A stretch of 64,000 nucleotides of DNA from Sedimentisphaeraceae bacterium JB056 (GCA_044440125.1 JBITAJ010000027.1:128001-192000), one strand, 5' to 3'. Shown: positions 48,363-58,664, counted from the stretch's first letter. The notes: generated by a model from the letters alone, not told the origin. Translations and numbers: made by a program.

Positions 48363-49739
48363 ATGAACGGCGTATTAACAATCAAAGAATTGGGTGATTT
48401 TATTTACGGCAAAGCACCTCATCCAGTAAAATGCGGCAATGGTGTAGTTATTGGAGGCGGGCGTGTTGTTCCGGAGATAAATTTCACGTTGCCATCGATG
48501 AATATCAACGAGTCGACCTGGAAGCAGGTTCGGGTTGAGTATGAAAATATGATTGATGGAATACTCAAACGGTCGGTTGAACTTCATCTGCCTCAGCTTC
48601 TTGTTGAGTTCGAAACTCTTCCTGAGATGACAACCAATTATGAGTGGGGGCTTGAGATAACCAAGATTCTTGCTGACAAAATGGAAGAGGCGTACCAGAA
48701 GCATTCCCTCAAAAGCGCACTTCGTCTGACTATAAATGATGTAAGAGAGTTTAACAGGCCTCCGATAATGCGCAGTGGAAAATATTGGGATGCAATGCTT
48801 AATTTCATGGATAACGCCTCAGCCAATGGTGCAGATCTGCTTGCAATAGAATCTACGGGTGGTAAAGAGGTTTGTGATGAAGCTCTTGTTATGGCTGATA
48901 TAAACAGTGTGATTTTTGCTCTTGGCGTCCTTGGTGCAAGGGATATGGAGTTTTTATGGAGACACATTGTAGATGCCTGCAATCGAACGGGTGTAGTGCC
49001 AAGCGGTGACTCTGCTTGCGGGTTTGCTAATACAGCTATGGTTCTTGCTGAGCAGCGGATGATACCGTCTGTATTTGCCGCTTTGGTAAGGGTTATGGCT
49101 GTTCCGAGAAGCTTGGTCGCTATTACTCAGGGAGCAAAGGGACCTACAAAAGACTGTGCTTATGAAGGCCCATTTATAAAGGCAATAAGCGGTGTGCCTA
49201 TCTCAATGGAAGGCAGAACTGCCGCCTGTGCACACCTTTCACCTGTTGGGAATGTGAGTCAGGCTGTTTGTGACTGCTGGTCAAATGAATCGGTTCAGAA
49301 TATTAAGCTTCTAAGTGCTGCGGCTCCGACGGTATCTCTTGAACAGCTTGCTTATGACTGCCGCTTGCTTGAGGCAGCTCAAAACAGTTCAGATGCCGAT
49401 GCTGCCAAGCTTCGTGATTGGTTGACTGATTCTGACTCAAAGCTTAATCCTCAGGCATATGTCCTTCGTCCTGACACTGTCTTGAAGCTAAGCGAAAAGA
49501 TTATTGCTACAGATGATCCATATGAGCAGACTGTTATAGCTGCCCGCGAGACTTATCAGGTAATAAAAGAAGCCGGAGAGGCCGGCCAGATAGACCTCAA
49601 TGATAATGACAGGAAATGGCTCAATATTCTTGATATGCAGCTGCAGATGATACCGGATTCCGAAGATAAGCTGATCGATGAAATGCTTGCAAGACCTGAT
49701 ATAAAGGATAAATTCCTTCCACAAGAATACGGTATATAA
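48363..49739 (+). CDS. mtaB: Methanol:corrinoid methyltransferase subunit B homolog (start revised to ATG 48363)
   Basis: IYGKAPHPV..G.G.VIGGG.V.PEINF; IESTGGKEV; GDSACGFANTAM; GP.KDCAYE; PISMEG; CAH.S.VGN; WSNESV. Confidence 0.9.
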   Translation: MNGVLTIKELGDFIYGKAPHPVKCGNGVVIGGGRVVPEINFTLPSMNINESTWKQVRVEYENMIDGILKRSVELHLPQLLVEFETLPEMTTNYEWGLEITKILADKMEEAYQKHSLKSALRLTINDVREFNRPPIMRSGKYWDAMLNFMDNASANGADLLAIESTGGKEVCDEALVMADINSVIFALGVLGARDMEFLWRHIVDACNRTGVVPSGDSACGFANTAMVLAEQRMIPSVFAALVRVMAVPRSLVAITQGAKGPTKDCAYEGPFIKAISGVPISMEGRTAACAHLSPVGNVSQAVCDCWSNESVQNIKLLSAAAPTVSLEQLAYDCRLLEAAQNSSDADAAKLRDWLTDSDSKLNPQAYVLRPDTVLKLSEKIIATDDPYEQTVIAARETYQVIKEAGEAGQIDLNDNDRKWLNILDMQLQMIPDSEDKLIDEMLARPDIKDKFLPQEYGI

Positions 49740-49747
49740 TTAGTGTT

Positions 49748-49785
49748 AAAAGGGTTCTGGTTTGAAAATATCAGGGCCCTTTTTT
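49748..49785. terminator. Bidirectional terminator between convergent mtaB and apbE
   Basis: AAAAGGGTTCTGG...TCAGGGCCCTTTTT. Confidence 0.7.
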
Positions 49786-50812
49786 ATTGCAGAAACTGAT
49801 CCATTCCGGCGGTCTTGATTATTTCATCCTGTGAAGTGATCATCAAAGCCTCAATATCAGGCATTTCCTCGATCATGGTTTTACCTTTGTCTTTACCCAA
49901 GACAGTGACAGCCGTGGCGAGAGCATCGGCGGTTGTTGCATCTTTGGCGATTATGCTTACGCTGTGAAGTTCTTTCGCAGATGAGCTTGTCGTAGGGTCT
50001 ATTATGTGGTTTATCTTTTCGCTCCCTATCATGAAGAAACGATAATAATCTCCACTGGTGGTTATCGCCATGTCGTTTAGGGATAGTTGCATTATAACAT
50101 CCTCTCCTTCTGCAAGCTTAGGATTTTGCAGTCCTATCTTCCAGCTGTCTTTACCCTGAGGGGGCGTACCGAAACACCTGATGTCTCCGCCCGCATCAAC
50201 AAGAGCTCCTTGCATATTAAGTTCTTTGAGCTTATCGATTGCTTTATCAATAGCGTAACCTTTTGCTATTCCTCCAAGGTCTATTCGCATCCCTTCAATC
50301 TTGAACTTGATTGTAAGCTCTTGTTCATTTAGTATTAGATTTTGGGTTCCGGTCTTGTTCTTTGCTTCCTGGATTTCAGTGCTTGTGGGCCTTATGCCTG
50401 TTTCTGAGGCATGTTTCCACAGTTCGAGAACAGGAGAAATTGTGCAGTCGAAGGCCCCATCAGATATTTTGTTGACTTCTATGCTTTTCTTTATTAAGTT
50501 AAAAAGTTCTTCAGATATCTTTACAGGGTGTTCAAAAGCTGTTTTGTTAAGCATGCTTAGTTCAGAATCCTCATTGTAGTAGCTCATTTTCGCTTCTGTG
50601 TGCTGCATGCTTTTAATTGCATGGTTTATTGCTTCTCTGGCTTTACTTTCATCATATGCAACAACGGTTACACGAACAGTTGTACCCATTATTATATGTG
50701 TGCCGCTTGTTACTGCTATAGGCTGCCTTTTAGATAAAGCCAGAAACAATATTATTCCGACAATTAAACAGCTGATGATGTATTTAATATTCTGCCTGTT
50801 CTTTGAGGCCAT
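49784..50812 (-). CDS. apbE: FAD:protein FMN transferase
   Basis: MGT, SDGAFD.TI, IDLGGIAKGYAID, VDAGGD, TTSGDY.R, HIIDP, ADALAT. Confidence 0.95.
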   Translation of the reverse strand: MASKNRQNIKYIISCLIVGIILFLALSKRQPIAVTSGTHIIMGTTVRVTVVAYDESKAREAINHAIKSMQHTEAKMSYYNEDSELSMLNKTAFEHPVKISEELFNLIKKSIEVNKISDGAFDCTISPVLELWKHASETGIRPTSTEIQEAKNKTGTQNLILNEQELTIKFKIEGMRIDLGGIAKGYAIDKAIDKLKELNMQGALVDAGGDIRCFGTPPQGKDSWKIGLQNPKLAEGEDVIMQLSLNDMAITTSGDYYRFFMIGSEKINHIIDPTTSSSAKELHSVSIIAKDATTADALATAVTVLGKDKGKTMIEEMPDIEALMITSQDEIIKTAGMDQFLQ

Positions 50813-50923
50813 TTATAATTACTTCCGTTAAATCAAATTTATGAAATGTAGTAAATCTACAGGTATTATAAAAGACCAGATTTTAAGCTTTAATGAGTGA
50901 TTAACAATAAAAAAAGATGAGTG

Positions 50924-52228
50924 CTATATGAAAGCTCCCACTTTTTTGAGATTGTTTTGAAGTTCTGTTATATTTATGTCTCTCAAGTTTAAATTTCTAC
51001 TTGATGATATGGATGCCGCCATTCCCGCAGCCTGACCTGTTATAAAGCAGCCCGGCATTGTTCTTACGGAACTTTGCATATATCTGTCTGAGCATATGCA
51101 GCGTCCGGCAACAAGAAGGTTACTGAATCCTTTTACTATCAATGACCTGTAAGGGATTCCGTAATACTCACCTTTTTTGTAACGATATGTTTCGGTTTCC
51201 TTTGTGAATTTTTCCATATCTTTCTTGTCAGCAGTGGTAGGGTGGATATCAACCTCATAGCAGTAGCACCCGATTTGGTCTTCAAATTTGGAGCGGTCTA
51301 TGAAATCCTGTACCTTCATCTGATAGTCGCAATGAATACGCCTCGTTTCTCTTATGCCAAGCAGTGAGCCGCTTGCCGCTAACTCCATGTTTTCAAAGCC
51401 TTTAAAGTATCGCCTGTAATATTCCTGATATTCCGGCAGATATGAGCGGCCGATAATAAAAGCCTTGGTAAGAGACTTTTCGTCCGTGCCGTCAGTGCCG
51501 AAAGTGTGGCCAATATTACCTGAACCAAGAGTTTTTCCAGTGGGTGCAATTCCTGAATGGTGCCTGTCCTGAGTTGTGAATATTCCTTCTTCGAATGCTT
51601 TTTCGAGCATTTCTTTGTGGTTTCGTTTTTCGACAGGGCCGGCTGCCTGCCAGTCTATTGCTGCCCATAGACTGCAAAGTGTTCCGGGCATAAGGTTGCC
51701 TTCCTCATCTCCCTTATCGAATGCTGCACCCGCTCTGGCAGCCATATCGCCATCTCCGGTCGCATCTATGAATACAGATGCTTCTATGGCGAAAAGGCCT
51801 GATTTACCGTGACATATGGCGTATTTGATTTTATCTTCCTCTTTGGCTACATCTACGAGTGTTGTCATGAAAGAGAATTTCATGCCGCACTCTAAAGCTA
51901 TTTTATCGTATATCCTTTTAAGAGATTCAGCAGGAATTGTAAGGTACTTTCCTGATAAACTACCTCCATTGTCTAATACTTTATCATGTATCTCTTTACC
52001 GAAACCGTCGGCAAGAAAGTTTTGACCATCGCCGAACTGCATGAACATAGGCACATAGGCAGCTGTACCCATGCCTCCAAAACAACAGTGACCTTCAGCT
52101 AAGAATACTTTGCTTCCTTTTCGAGCCGCAGTGGCTGCTGCTGCTATTCCTGCAGGTCCGCCGCCGGCAATGAAGATGTCGTATTCGGCCCGTACCGGTA
52201 TGTTTTGTGAGTAATTTATAGAATGCAT
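50924..52228 (-). CDS. FAD-dependent oxidoreductase (FAD_oxidored family; start revised to ATG 52228)
   Basis: IAGGGPAGIAAA, FGGMGT, FIDATGDGD, GIRETRRI, YGIPYRSL, NLLVAGRCI, GQAAG. Confidence 0.9.
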   Translation of the reverse strand: MHSINYSQNIPVRAEYDIFIAGGGPAGIAAAATAARKGSKVFLAEGHCCFGGMGTAAYVPMFMQFGDGQNFLADGFGKEIHDKVLDNGGSLSGKYLTIPAESLKRIYDKIALECGMKFSFMTTLVDVAKEEDKIKYAICHGKSGLFAIEASVFIDATGDGDMAARAGAAFDKGDEEGNLMPGTLCSLWAAIDWQAAGPVEKRNHKEMLEKAFEEGIFTTQDRHHSGIAPTGKTLGSGNIGHTFGTDGTDEKSLTKAFIIGRSYLPEYQEYYRRYFKGFENMELAASGSLLGIRETRRIHCDYQMKVQDFIDRSKFEDQIGCYCYEVDIHPTTADKKDMEKFTKETETYRYKKGEYYGIPYRSLIVKGFSNLLVAGRCICSDRYMQSSVRTMPGCFITGQAAGMAASISSSRNLNLRDINITELQNNLKKVGAFI

Positions 52229-52316
52229 TTTTGAGAAATCCTTCAATAAAGATTTTTGAGTCGCAGAATAACGTTAATACACATATTTTATATAAAATTT
52301 CAAAAAAGTCAATAAT

Positions 52317-52334
52317 AAACGTACCGATACGTTT
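52317..52334. promoter_or_regulatory. LacI-type operator (1 mismatch) upstream of the divergent oxidoreductase
   Basis: AAACGTACCGATACGTTT, next to a minus-strand TTGACT...TAAAAT promoter. Confidence 0.75.
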
Positions 52335-52443
52335 GGCCACACACTTATGTACGTGTAGGCGTAATTTGAAATAAAAAGCCGTTTTATTTATATGTTAAGG
52401 GCTTTTTTGTAGCTCGAATTTGCTTGGGTTAAGATGTTTTTGC

Positions 52444-52472
52444 TTGTAATACACGTACCGGTACGTTATACT
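52444..52472 (+). promoter_or_regulatory. sigma70 promoter with a perfect operator in the spacer (symporter operon)
   Basis: TTGTAA-TACACGTACCGGTACGT-TATACT; palindrome ACGTACCGGTACGT at 52453-52466. Confidence 0.85.
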
Positions 52473-52540
52473 CGTAAAAAGATAGGGGTAACGCCCTTGT
52501 GCGGGTATAAATATTAATATTACTATATTCAGAGGTTTGC

Positions 52541-54514
52541 ATGTCATTAAACTTTTTGGATTGGTCAATTCTTATTGGCCTTATAGCATTTATAACTTTC
52601 ATGGCGTTTTATACAAGAAGGTACACACACAGTGTTGCCGATTTTCTTGCAGCGAATCGTACCGCGGGCCGGTATCTGCTTTGTATCGCAGATGGCATGG
52701 CGGCCGTAGGCTCGATAACAATTATCATGATTTTTGAGATCTATTATGAGTCGGGTTTCCCCGGTGCATGGTGGGACATGATAAGACTTGTGATTATACC
52801 GGCAGTATTGAGTTTGTCGGGTTGGGTCATTTATCGATTCAGGCAGACAAGGGCTCTTACAATGGCTCAATTTTTCGAAATGCGGTATAGCCGTAATTTC
52901 AGGATATTCTGTGGTGTTCTGATATGGCTTGCCGGTATTATTAACTTTGGTATTTTCCCTGCTGTTGGTGCGAGATTTTTCATCAGCTTTATGGGATTGC
53001 CTGATACAATGGCTGTTTTTATGGGTGTAATGGCTGTTTTGATACTGTTTGCCTTATTCTTTACCTTTATGGGCGGGCAGATTGCGGTGATGGTTACCGA
53101 TTTCATACAGGGTGTTTTCTGTAACGTGATGTTCATTGTTATCGTTGCAGTCGTACTGATGAAATTTGACTGGAGTGAGATTATATATACGGTAACGCAT
53201 CATAGTGGCCAGGCCTCGATGGTTAATCCGTTTAATGTTTCCAAAGCAGAGAATTTCAATATATGGTTTTACCTTATTCTTGCTTTTACAGCAGCTTATG
53301 GCTTTTTGTCATGGCAGGGCGGCCAGGGTTATAACTCTGCCGCATTGAATGCTCATGAGGCCAGGATGGGTAAGAGTCTTGGTGTATGGCGTCTGCTTGC
53401 TCAGAATCTCTTTGTGCTTGTTTTGCCCATTTGTGCCTTTACTTTCATGAATCATCCCAATTATGCTGCCCAGTCAGAGGAGGCAAGGGGGATTCTTGCT
53501 GGAATAACCGACAGTACAATAAGGAATCAGGCTACTGTAACAGTTGCATTAAGGTATTTTCTGCCTCATGGTATAATTGGCGGTCTCTGTGCTGTTATGC
53601 TTGCCGCAACTATTGCTACTCATGATACTTATCTCCACTCATGGGGAAGTATTTTTATTCAGGATGTTGTCTTGCCTTTCCGCAAGAAGCCGCTTACGCA
53701 GCTTGAGCACATCAGGTGGCTTAAAGTCTCGATTCTTGGTGTGGCAGTATTTATATTCCTTTTCAGTATATTCTTCAGGCAAAGTGAAGCGATCGTTATG
53801 TTCTTCCAGATAACCGGAGCGATCTTTGTCGGCGGTGCAGGTTCGGTCATCATCGGCGGACTTTACTGGAGAAGGGGAACTACTGCAGGAGCATGGACAG
53901 GTATGCTTACTGGCTCAACTTTAGCGGTAACAGGCATAGTTCTTAAGCAGATACATGAAAGGATGCCTTTCGATAATTCCGTACTGTTGAAGGTAGTCTC
54001 TCTAAATGGTGCTTATATAAGTTTTTATGCGGCATTAGCGGCGATAATTATGTATATTACTGTATCTCTGCTTGGCAGGAAAAAATACAACCTTGATAAG
54101 TTGCTGCGTAAGGGAGAGTATGCTGTTGAGCAGGATAAGTCAAAAGTTTCTGATGAACCTATAAGTAAGATAGCGAAGTTTATAGGAATAAACAGCGACT
54201 TTAATACTAAGGACAAGATAATATATGTTGGCATGTTCAGTTGGACATTGTTCCTGGTTCTCTTATTTATAGTTCTTACGGCAATCAATGTTATTCATCC
54301 ATTGCCAGACGGTTTTTGGATAGGTTTCTGGAAGTATTATATAGTTATATCATTTGTACTTGCGACATTAGCTACAGTATGGTTCTTCTTCGGCGGTCTT
54401 AAAGACCTTAAGAAGATGTTCCAGAGGCTCAGGGAAAGGGGAGTCGATGAGGTTGATGACGGCAGGGTAACAGCTGAATTCAAAGAGCATACAGAAGAAT
54501 CAATTGAAGATTAA
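52541..54514 (+). CDS. Sodium:solute symporter (SSS) family transporter
   Basis: VADFLAANR.AG, RALTMAQFFEMRYS, GGQIAVMVTDFIQ, GLYWRRGTTAGA; many TMs. Confidence 0.93.
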   Translation: MSLNFLDWSILIGLIAFITFMAFYTRRYTHSVADFLAANRTAGRYLLCIADGMAAVGSITIIMIFEIYYESGFPGAWWDMIRLVIIPAVLSLSGWVIYRFRQTRALTMAQFFEMRYSRNFRIFCGVLIWLAGIINFGIFPAVGARFFISFMGLPDTMAVFMGVMAVLILFALFFTFMGGQIAVMVTDFIQGVFCNVMFIVIVAVVLMKFDWSEIIYTVTHHSGQASMVNPFNVSKAENFNIWFYLILAFTAAYGFLSWQGGQGYNSAALNAHEARMGKSLGVWRLLAQNLFVLVLPICAFTFMNHPNYAAQSEEARGILAGITDSTIRNQATVTVALRYFLPHGIIGGLCAVMLAATIATHDTYLHSWGSIFIQDVVLPFRKKPLTQLEHIRWLKVSILGVAVFIFLFSIFFRQSEAIVMFFQITGAIFVGGAGSVIIGGLYWRRGTTAGAWTGMLTGSTLAVTGIVLKQIHERMPFDNSVLLKVVSLNGAYISFYAALAAIIMYITVSLLGRKKYNLDKLLRKGEYAVEQDKSKVSDEPISKIAKFIGINSDFNTKDKIIYVGMFSWTLFLVLLFIVLTAINVIHPLPDGFWIGFWKYYIVISFVLATLATVWFFFGGLKDLKKMFQRLRERGVDEVDDGRVTAEFKEHTEESIED

Positions 54515-54532
54515 TTAAGTAGAGGTTGACTG

Positions 54533-55741
54533 ATGAAAAGAATTAAGAGGATATTGATTGCAGTAAGTTTATTGATTGCTATGAATTGCTATGCTGAGAT
54601 GAAATCCGATTTCAGGCCTTTGCCTGATGGCTTGAAAAAAGTTGCGTTTACCGAGACAACAGCTTCTTTTGTAAAGAGGGTGAATACTTTTTCATGGATA
54701 TCAGATGTTGAACATGTCGTGAATCCTAAGAATGGTGATGTGTATCTTGCAGACGCAAAAGAGCCGTATTATATTTGCGGTGATATTGTTCCCGGCGGCG
54801 TTTATTTTGAACTTTTTCCTTATCACTATTACGATCAGAAAGAAGTTGATGAGCTTGGTTCAGAGATTAATTATAAACTTATAGCGAAAAATATTACGGA
54901 TAAGCCGGTTGTACTGGAAATAGAGGGTCAGGGTACTGTAAGAGACTGGGATCATTATAAAACCTGGGAAGGTGCATTATCCGGTAATGCTAAAAGAGTC
55001 ATTACAATTAAGCCTGGTGAGACTGTTGAACTTTGGAAAGAGGAGTCGCTTAAAGGTGATCTGCCATGGAGCGGTATTTTCTTAGGTTACAGCAGTGGTG
55101 ATCTATGGGTATGTGATTATGCTTATCTAAGCAAGGATGATCCGGGTATTGATGGCGCAAAGCAGATGCCTGATATTTCTCAGCCGCCGTGTAACTGGCC
55201 GTCATTTACGCGAGGTGTTGCTGATTTTAATTATGCTGATATAAAAATGTTCAAGAATAAACTTACTGCGGCATCAAGGATAGATCTTGGCAAGATTGAG
55301 AGTGGTATTTATTCTTTTGCTATTGCTGATTCTCCGGGTGGACCGCAAAATAACCCTTCAGATTATGCTGTTATTAAGGGTACTTTTGCTGATGACGAGT
55401 TGCCGGTTATGGATCCGGTCAGTAAGAAGAGCCATAGTTTCTTTGGCGGCAACTATCCGATCATGTATGATGTTGATCTATCATTTGCAAATACTACAGA
55501 AAGAGAAGTTAATGTTTCTTTATTGGTAAGCTCAAATGATAAATTTAATGTTGATACTATTGTTGGACTCTGGAAAGATTCAAAGATGCAGTGGCGAAGG
55601 GTTCCAATGATCAGCAAAAATCAGCATTGGGCAGTTTTTGAGATTGCTGTAAAACCGGGACAAATTGTTGATGACTCAGTCATGCTAATACCTCTTGGCA
55701 GCAGGTGGGGCGGCATGGTTTGCTCATTAGTTGTGAAATAA
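54533..55741 (+). CDS. Secreted hypothetical protein
   Basis: Signal peptide (..NCYA); GAGG RBS; no recognised family. Confidence 0.75.
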   Translation: MKRIKRILIAVSLLIAMNCYAEMKSDFRPLPDGLKKVAFTETTASFVKRVNTFSWISDVEHVVNPKNGDVYLADAKEPYYICGDIVPGGVYFELFPYHYYDQKEVDELGSEINYKLIAKNITDKPVVLEIEGQGTVRDWDHYKTWEGALSGNAKRVITIKPGETVELWKEESLKGDLPWSGIFLGYSSGDLWVCDYAYLSKDDPGIDGAKQMPDISQPPCNWPSFTRGVADFNYADIKMFKNKLTAASRIDLGKIESGIYSFAIADSPGGPQNNPSDYAVIKGTFADDELPVMDPVSKKSHSFFGGNYPIMYDVDLSFANTTEREVNVSLLVSSNDKFNVDTIVGLWKDSKMQWRRVPMISKNQHWAVFEIAVKPGQIVDDSVMLIPLGSRWGGMVCSLVVK

Positions 55742-55753
55742 TTGAAAGGGGCT

Positions 55754-57412
55754 ATGGTGTTATACAGGATTTTCACAATATTGACTGCTTGTCTGGGATT
55801 TACAATGACTTATGCCGTTGATGGGCCTGCAACGACTTATGGTAATTTGAGTGTAGGTAAATTTTATACGTATCAGCTTGCCCCTCATGCTTCTTATCCT
55901 GACAGATGGCCTAATCAATGGTGCAGCGGGGCCAAGCTGACTGATGAAAATCTTGGTCAAGGCTGGCCGCTTGATGATTGGGTTGACTGGCTTGAGCAGG
56001 AAGATTATACGCTTGAAATCGTCCTTGATCTGGGAAGTGTTTGCGAGGTTGACAAGCTGAGAGTAATGTTGACTTCAAGGCTTGACTGGGGGATTCAATT
56101 TCCAAGTGCCGTAAGGTTTTACTATAAAACGGATTTGTCGGATAGCTGGCAGCAATACGGTATTTCGCAGAGTTGCGGTGGTGATACAGCAGGCTATTCA
56201 GCAAAATGGGTAACCGTACAGGATAACTTCGAGTCTATGCGATATATTAAATATGAACTTGACGGCCCTGTAGAGGCTCATATGTTTGTAGGTGAGATAG
56301 AGGCCTGGGGCAATATAGAAAACAGTTGGAAGGCGGTTCCTGATTGGGGCTGCTATCAGGGTGCATTCCCTTCTAATAGTACAGGAAGCATGTTTATCAG
56401 TACTTACGAAGGGGTTGCTGATAAACAGATGTCAATGGCATTGTGGTATGCTAATATGGGAGCGAGCGATTTTAAGGACTATTTTGGCAGCCTGTGGAGG
56501 AGTCAGTATGGGCTCAGCTATAATATCGATTATCAGGGAGCACGCTTCCTTGAAGTAGGCTGGGAACCTGAGACTAATATAACTGCTGAGAATATTGCTT
56601 CTGGCTACTACGACAGCTATTTTAATACATTCTTTGAGGAATCTGTAGATTATTCGCATCGTCTTGGCAACACTGACCCTGTATGGCTTCGTCCTATGAG
56701 TGAAATGAATGGCGGCTGGACTTTTCCTGGGAATGCTGCCGCATGGGGCGGGCATCCACAGGAATTCAGATGGGCGTGGCGGAGGATGTTTAATATTGCC
56801 CAGCAGGTTGGTGCGGCGGATCACCATATCTTTATATGGTCTCCTAACGGTTATACATACAGTGGAGAGGAGCATATGCCGAATCACTATTACCCGGGAG
56901 ACCAGTATGTTGACTGGGTAGGCATTAGTGTTTATGAGCAGGGAGAAATTCCTTATCCTGAGGATACTCTTAACGGAACTTGCGGTGTGGGCGGATTTGA
57001 TTTTTATGGGACATATTCTTACAAGCCGATTATATTCAGTGAAGGTGCTTTCCGCGGCGGCGATGGTATTGACGGATACAAATGGATAAGGCAGTGGTTT
57101 GAGATACCTCGTAAGTATCCTATGGTTAAAGCTTTAGTATGGTTTTATATCCATGATGACGATAAGAATGTGATAGATGAAGAACCTTTCAGGAGTTATT
57201 ACCGCAGTTTCTTAAGCGACAGTTATTTTCTGACGCAGTCCATAGCCGGAACGATTGATAATAATGGTGATGGAAATGTAGATATTCTTGATTATTCCCA
57301 TATTGCCGATAACTGGTCGCTTGGCGTCTCAAATCTTCAGGGTGATATAGATGGAAATAATGATGTGAATATTGAGGATGTTCTTATATTTGCATCAGAG
57401 TGGCTTCAATAA
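55754..57412 (+). CDS. Secreted GH26-family glycoside hydrolase with an N-terminal discoidin-like domain and C-terminal dockerin-like repeats (start revised to ATG 55754)
   Basis: VWLRPMSEMNGGW (acid/base Glu), WSPN, YYPGDQYVDWVG, KPIIFSE (nucleophile Glu); IVLDLG...VD.L.V; DNNGDGNVDILD..W and GDIDGNNDVNIEDV..W. Confidence 0.85.
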   Translation: MVLYRIFTILTACLGFTMTYAVDGPATTYGNLSVGKFYTYQLAPHASYPDRWPNQWCSGAKLTDENLGQGWPLDDWVDWLEQEDYTLEIVLDLGSVCEVDKLRVMLTSRLDWGIQFPSAVRFYYKTDLSDSWQQYGISQSCGGDTAGYSAKWVTVQDNFESMRYIKYELDGPVEAHMFVGEIEAWGNIENSWKAVPDWGCYQGAFPSNSTGSMFISTYEGVADKQMSMALWYANMGASDFKDYFGSLWRSQYGLSYNIDYQGARFLEVGWEPETNITAENIASGYYDSYFNTFFEESVDYSHRLGNTDPVWLRPMSEMNGGWTFPGNAAAWGGHPQEFRWAWRRMFNIAQQVGAADHHIFIWSPNGYTYSGEEHMPNHYYPGDQYVDWVGISVYEQGEIPYPEDTLNGTCGVGGFDFYGTYSYKPIIFSEGAFRGGDGIDGYKWIRQWFEIPRKYPMVKALVWFYIHDDDKNVIDEEPFRSYYRSFLSDSYFLTQSIAGTIDNNGDGNVDILDYSHIADNWSLGVSNLQGDIDGNNDVNIEDVLIFASEWLQ

Positions 57413-57502
57413 ATAAGCAGCAGCAAGGCGGAGTCTCAAAAGTATCTTTAAATGCAGGGAAGCTCTGCTTTTTTCTAAAAACAAGTTTAAGAGAGATGAA
57501 TA

Positions 57503-58432
57503 ATGAAGATAACAGGTACTTTTCTTGATGAAATAAGTCTGGATATACCATCTGCGAATTGGGGGCCGCAGGAATGGGCAAAGGATTTTGATGCAATGAA
57601 GGCCGTTGGTATTGATACCGTGATATTGATACGTGCCGGTTATATGAATAAATGTACTTTTGAATCTGAAACTATAAAAAAACTTCATCCAATATTACCT
57701 GTTCCGACAGATTTGCTTGAAGTGTTTTTGTCGGAAGCAGATCGCTGTAATATGGATTTTTATTTTGGTACTTACGACAGCGAAGATTATTGGCGCAAAG
57801 GTGATTATCAGAAAGAGATCGACATAAATATGGCCTTTGCAGATGAGGTTATGGAGAAATACGGTCATCATAAGTCTTTCAATGGCTGGTATATAAGCAA
57901 TGAGGTTGATACTTGCAACCCCAGTGCAGTGGAGGTTTATAAACAGCTCTCGAAATACCTTAAGTCACTGAAAGATGCTCCGGTTCTTATTTCACCATAT
58001 TTTCATGGCGTGAAGATGTTTGATAAGTATGTCGGTTCTGGTTATTATGATGCAAGGAGGGCTAATATCAGGAGCCACAAGGAAAGCTGGAAGAAGGTCT
58101 TTGAGGCAATAGAGGGGCATATCGACATTGTTGCTTTTCAAGATGGAAATGTTGATTATGAAGACCTTGAAGCCTACCTTGAAGTAAACAAGGAGCTTTC
58201 GCGGGAACATGATATACAATTCTGGAGCAATGTCGAAACCTTCGACCGTGATATGCCGTGGAAATTCCCGCCTATAGGTTTTACTAAGTTGCTTCATAAA
58301 ATGATGATAGCGGAGAAGGTTGGCGTTGATAAGATGATAACCTTTGAATTCTCGCATTTTATGAGTCCAAACTCTATATATTATGATGCCCACAACCTTT
58401 ACAAGGTGTACAAACAGTATTTTAATTGTTAG
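57503..58432 (+). CDS. DUF4434-domain putative glycoside hydrolase (no signal peptide)
   Basis: ITGTFLDEIS.DIP..NWG..EW..DF..MK.VGIDTVILIR.G; YGHHKSF.GWYIS.E; VAFQDG; WSNVETFDRDMP; ITFEFSHFMSP. Confidence 0.85.
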   Translation: MKITGTFLDEISLDIPSANWGPQEWAKDFDAMKAVGIDTVILIRAGYMNKCTFESETIKKLHPILPVPTDLLEVFLSEADRCNMDFYFGTYDSEDYWRKGDYQKEIDINMAFADEVMEKYGHHKSFNGWYISNEVDTCNPSAVEVYKQLSKYLKSLKDAPVLISPYFHGVKMFDKYVGSGYYDARRANIRSHKESWKKVFEAIEGHIDIVAFQDGNVDYEDLEAYLEVNKELSREHDIQFWSNVETFDRDMPWKFPPIGFTKLLHKMMIAEKVGVDKMITFEFSHFMSPNSIYYDAHNLYKVYKQYFNC

Positions 58433-58598
58433 TCAAACGTAAGAGAGATGTTGGCTTTTCATGAGCAATGATATATTTTTATCGAATTGCACTTATCGTT
58501 CCAAAAAAATATTCATTTAAAAATTGCTGACACTTACAAACGTAACGATACGGGTATCTGTTAAAGGCGTTTTTTTTGTATCTAAGGACCTTTTAAAG

Positions 58599-58627
58599 TT
58601 GACATACACGTACCGGTACGTTATACT
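58599..58627 (+). promoter_or_regulatory. sigma70 promoter with a perfect operator in the spacer (LacI gene)
   Basis: TTGACA-TACACGTACCGGTACGT-TATACT; palindrome at 58608-58621. Confidence 0.88.
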
Positions 58628-58664
58628 ATACAGATAAATTAGAAATTGTTTTTGGAGAAACGAA

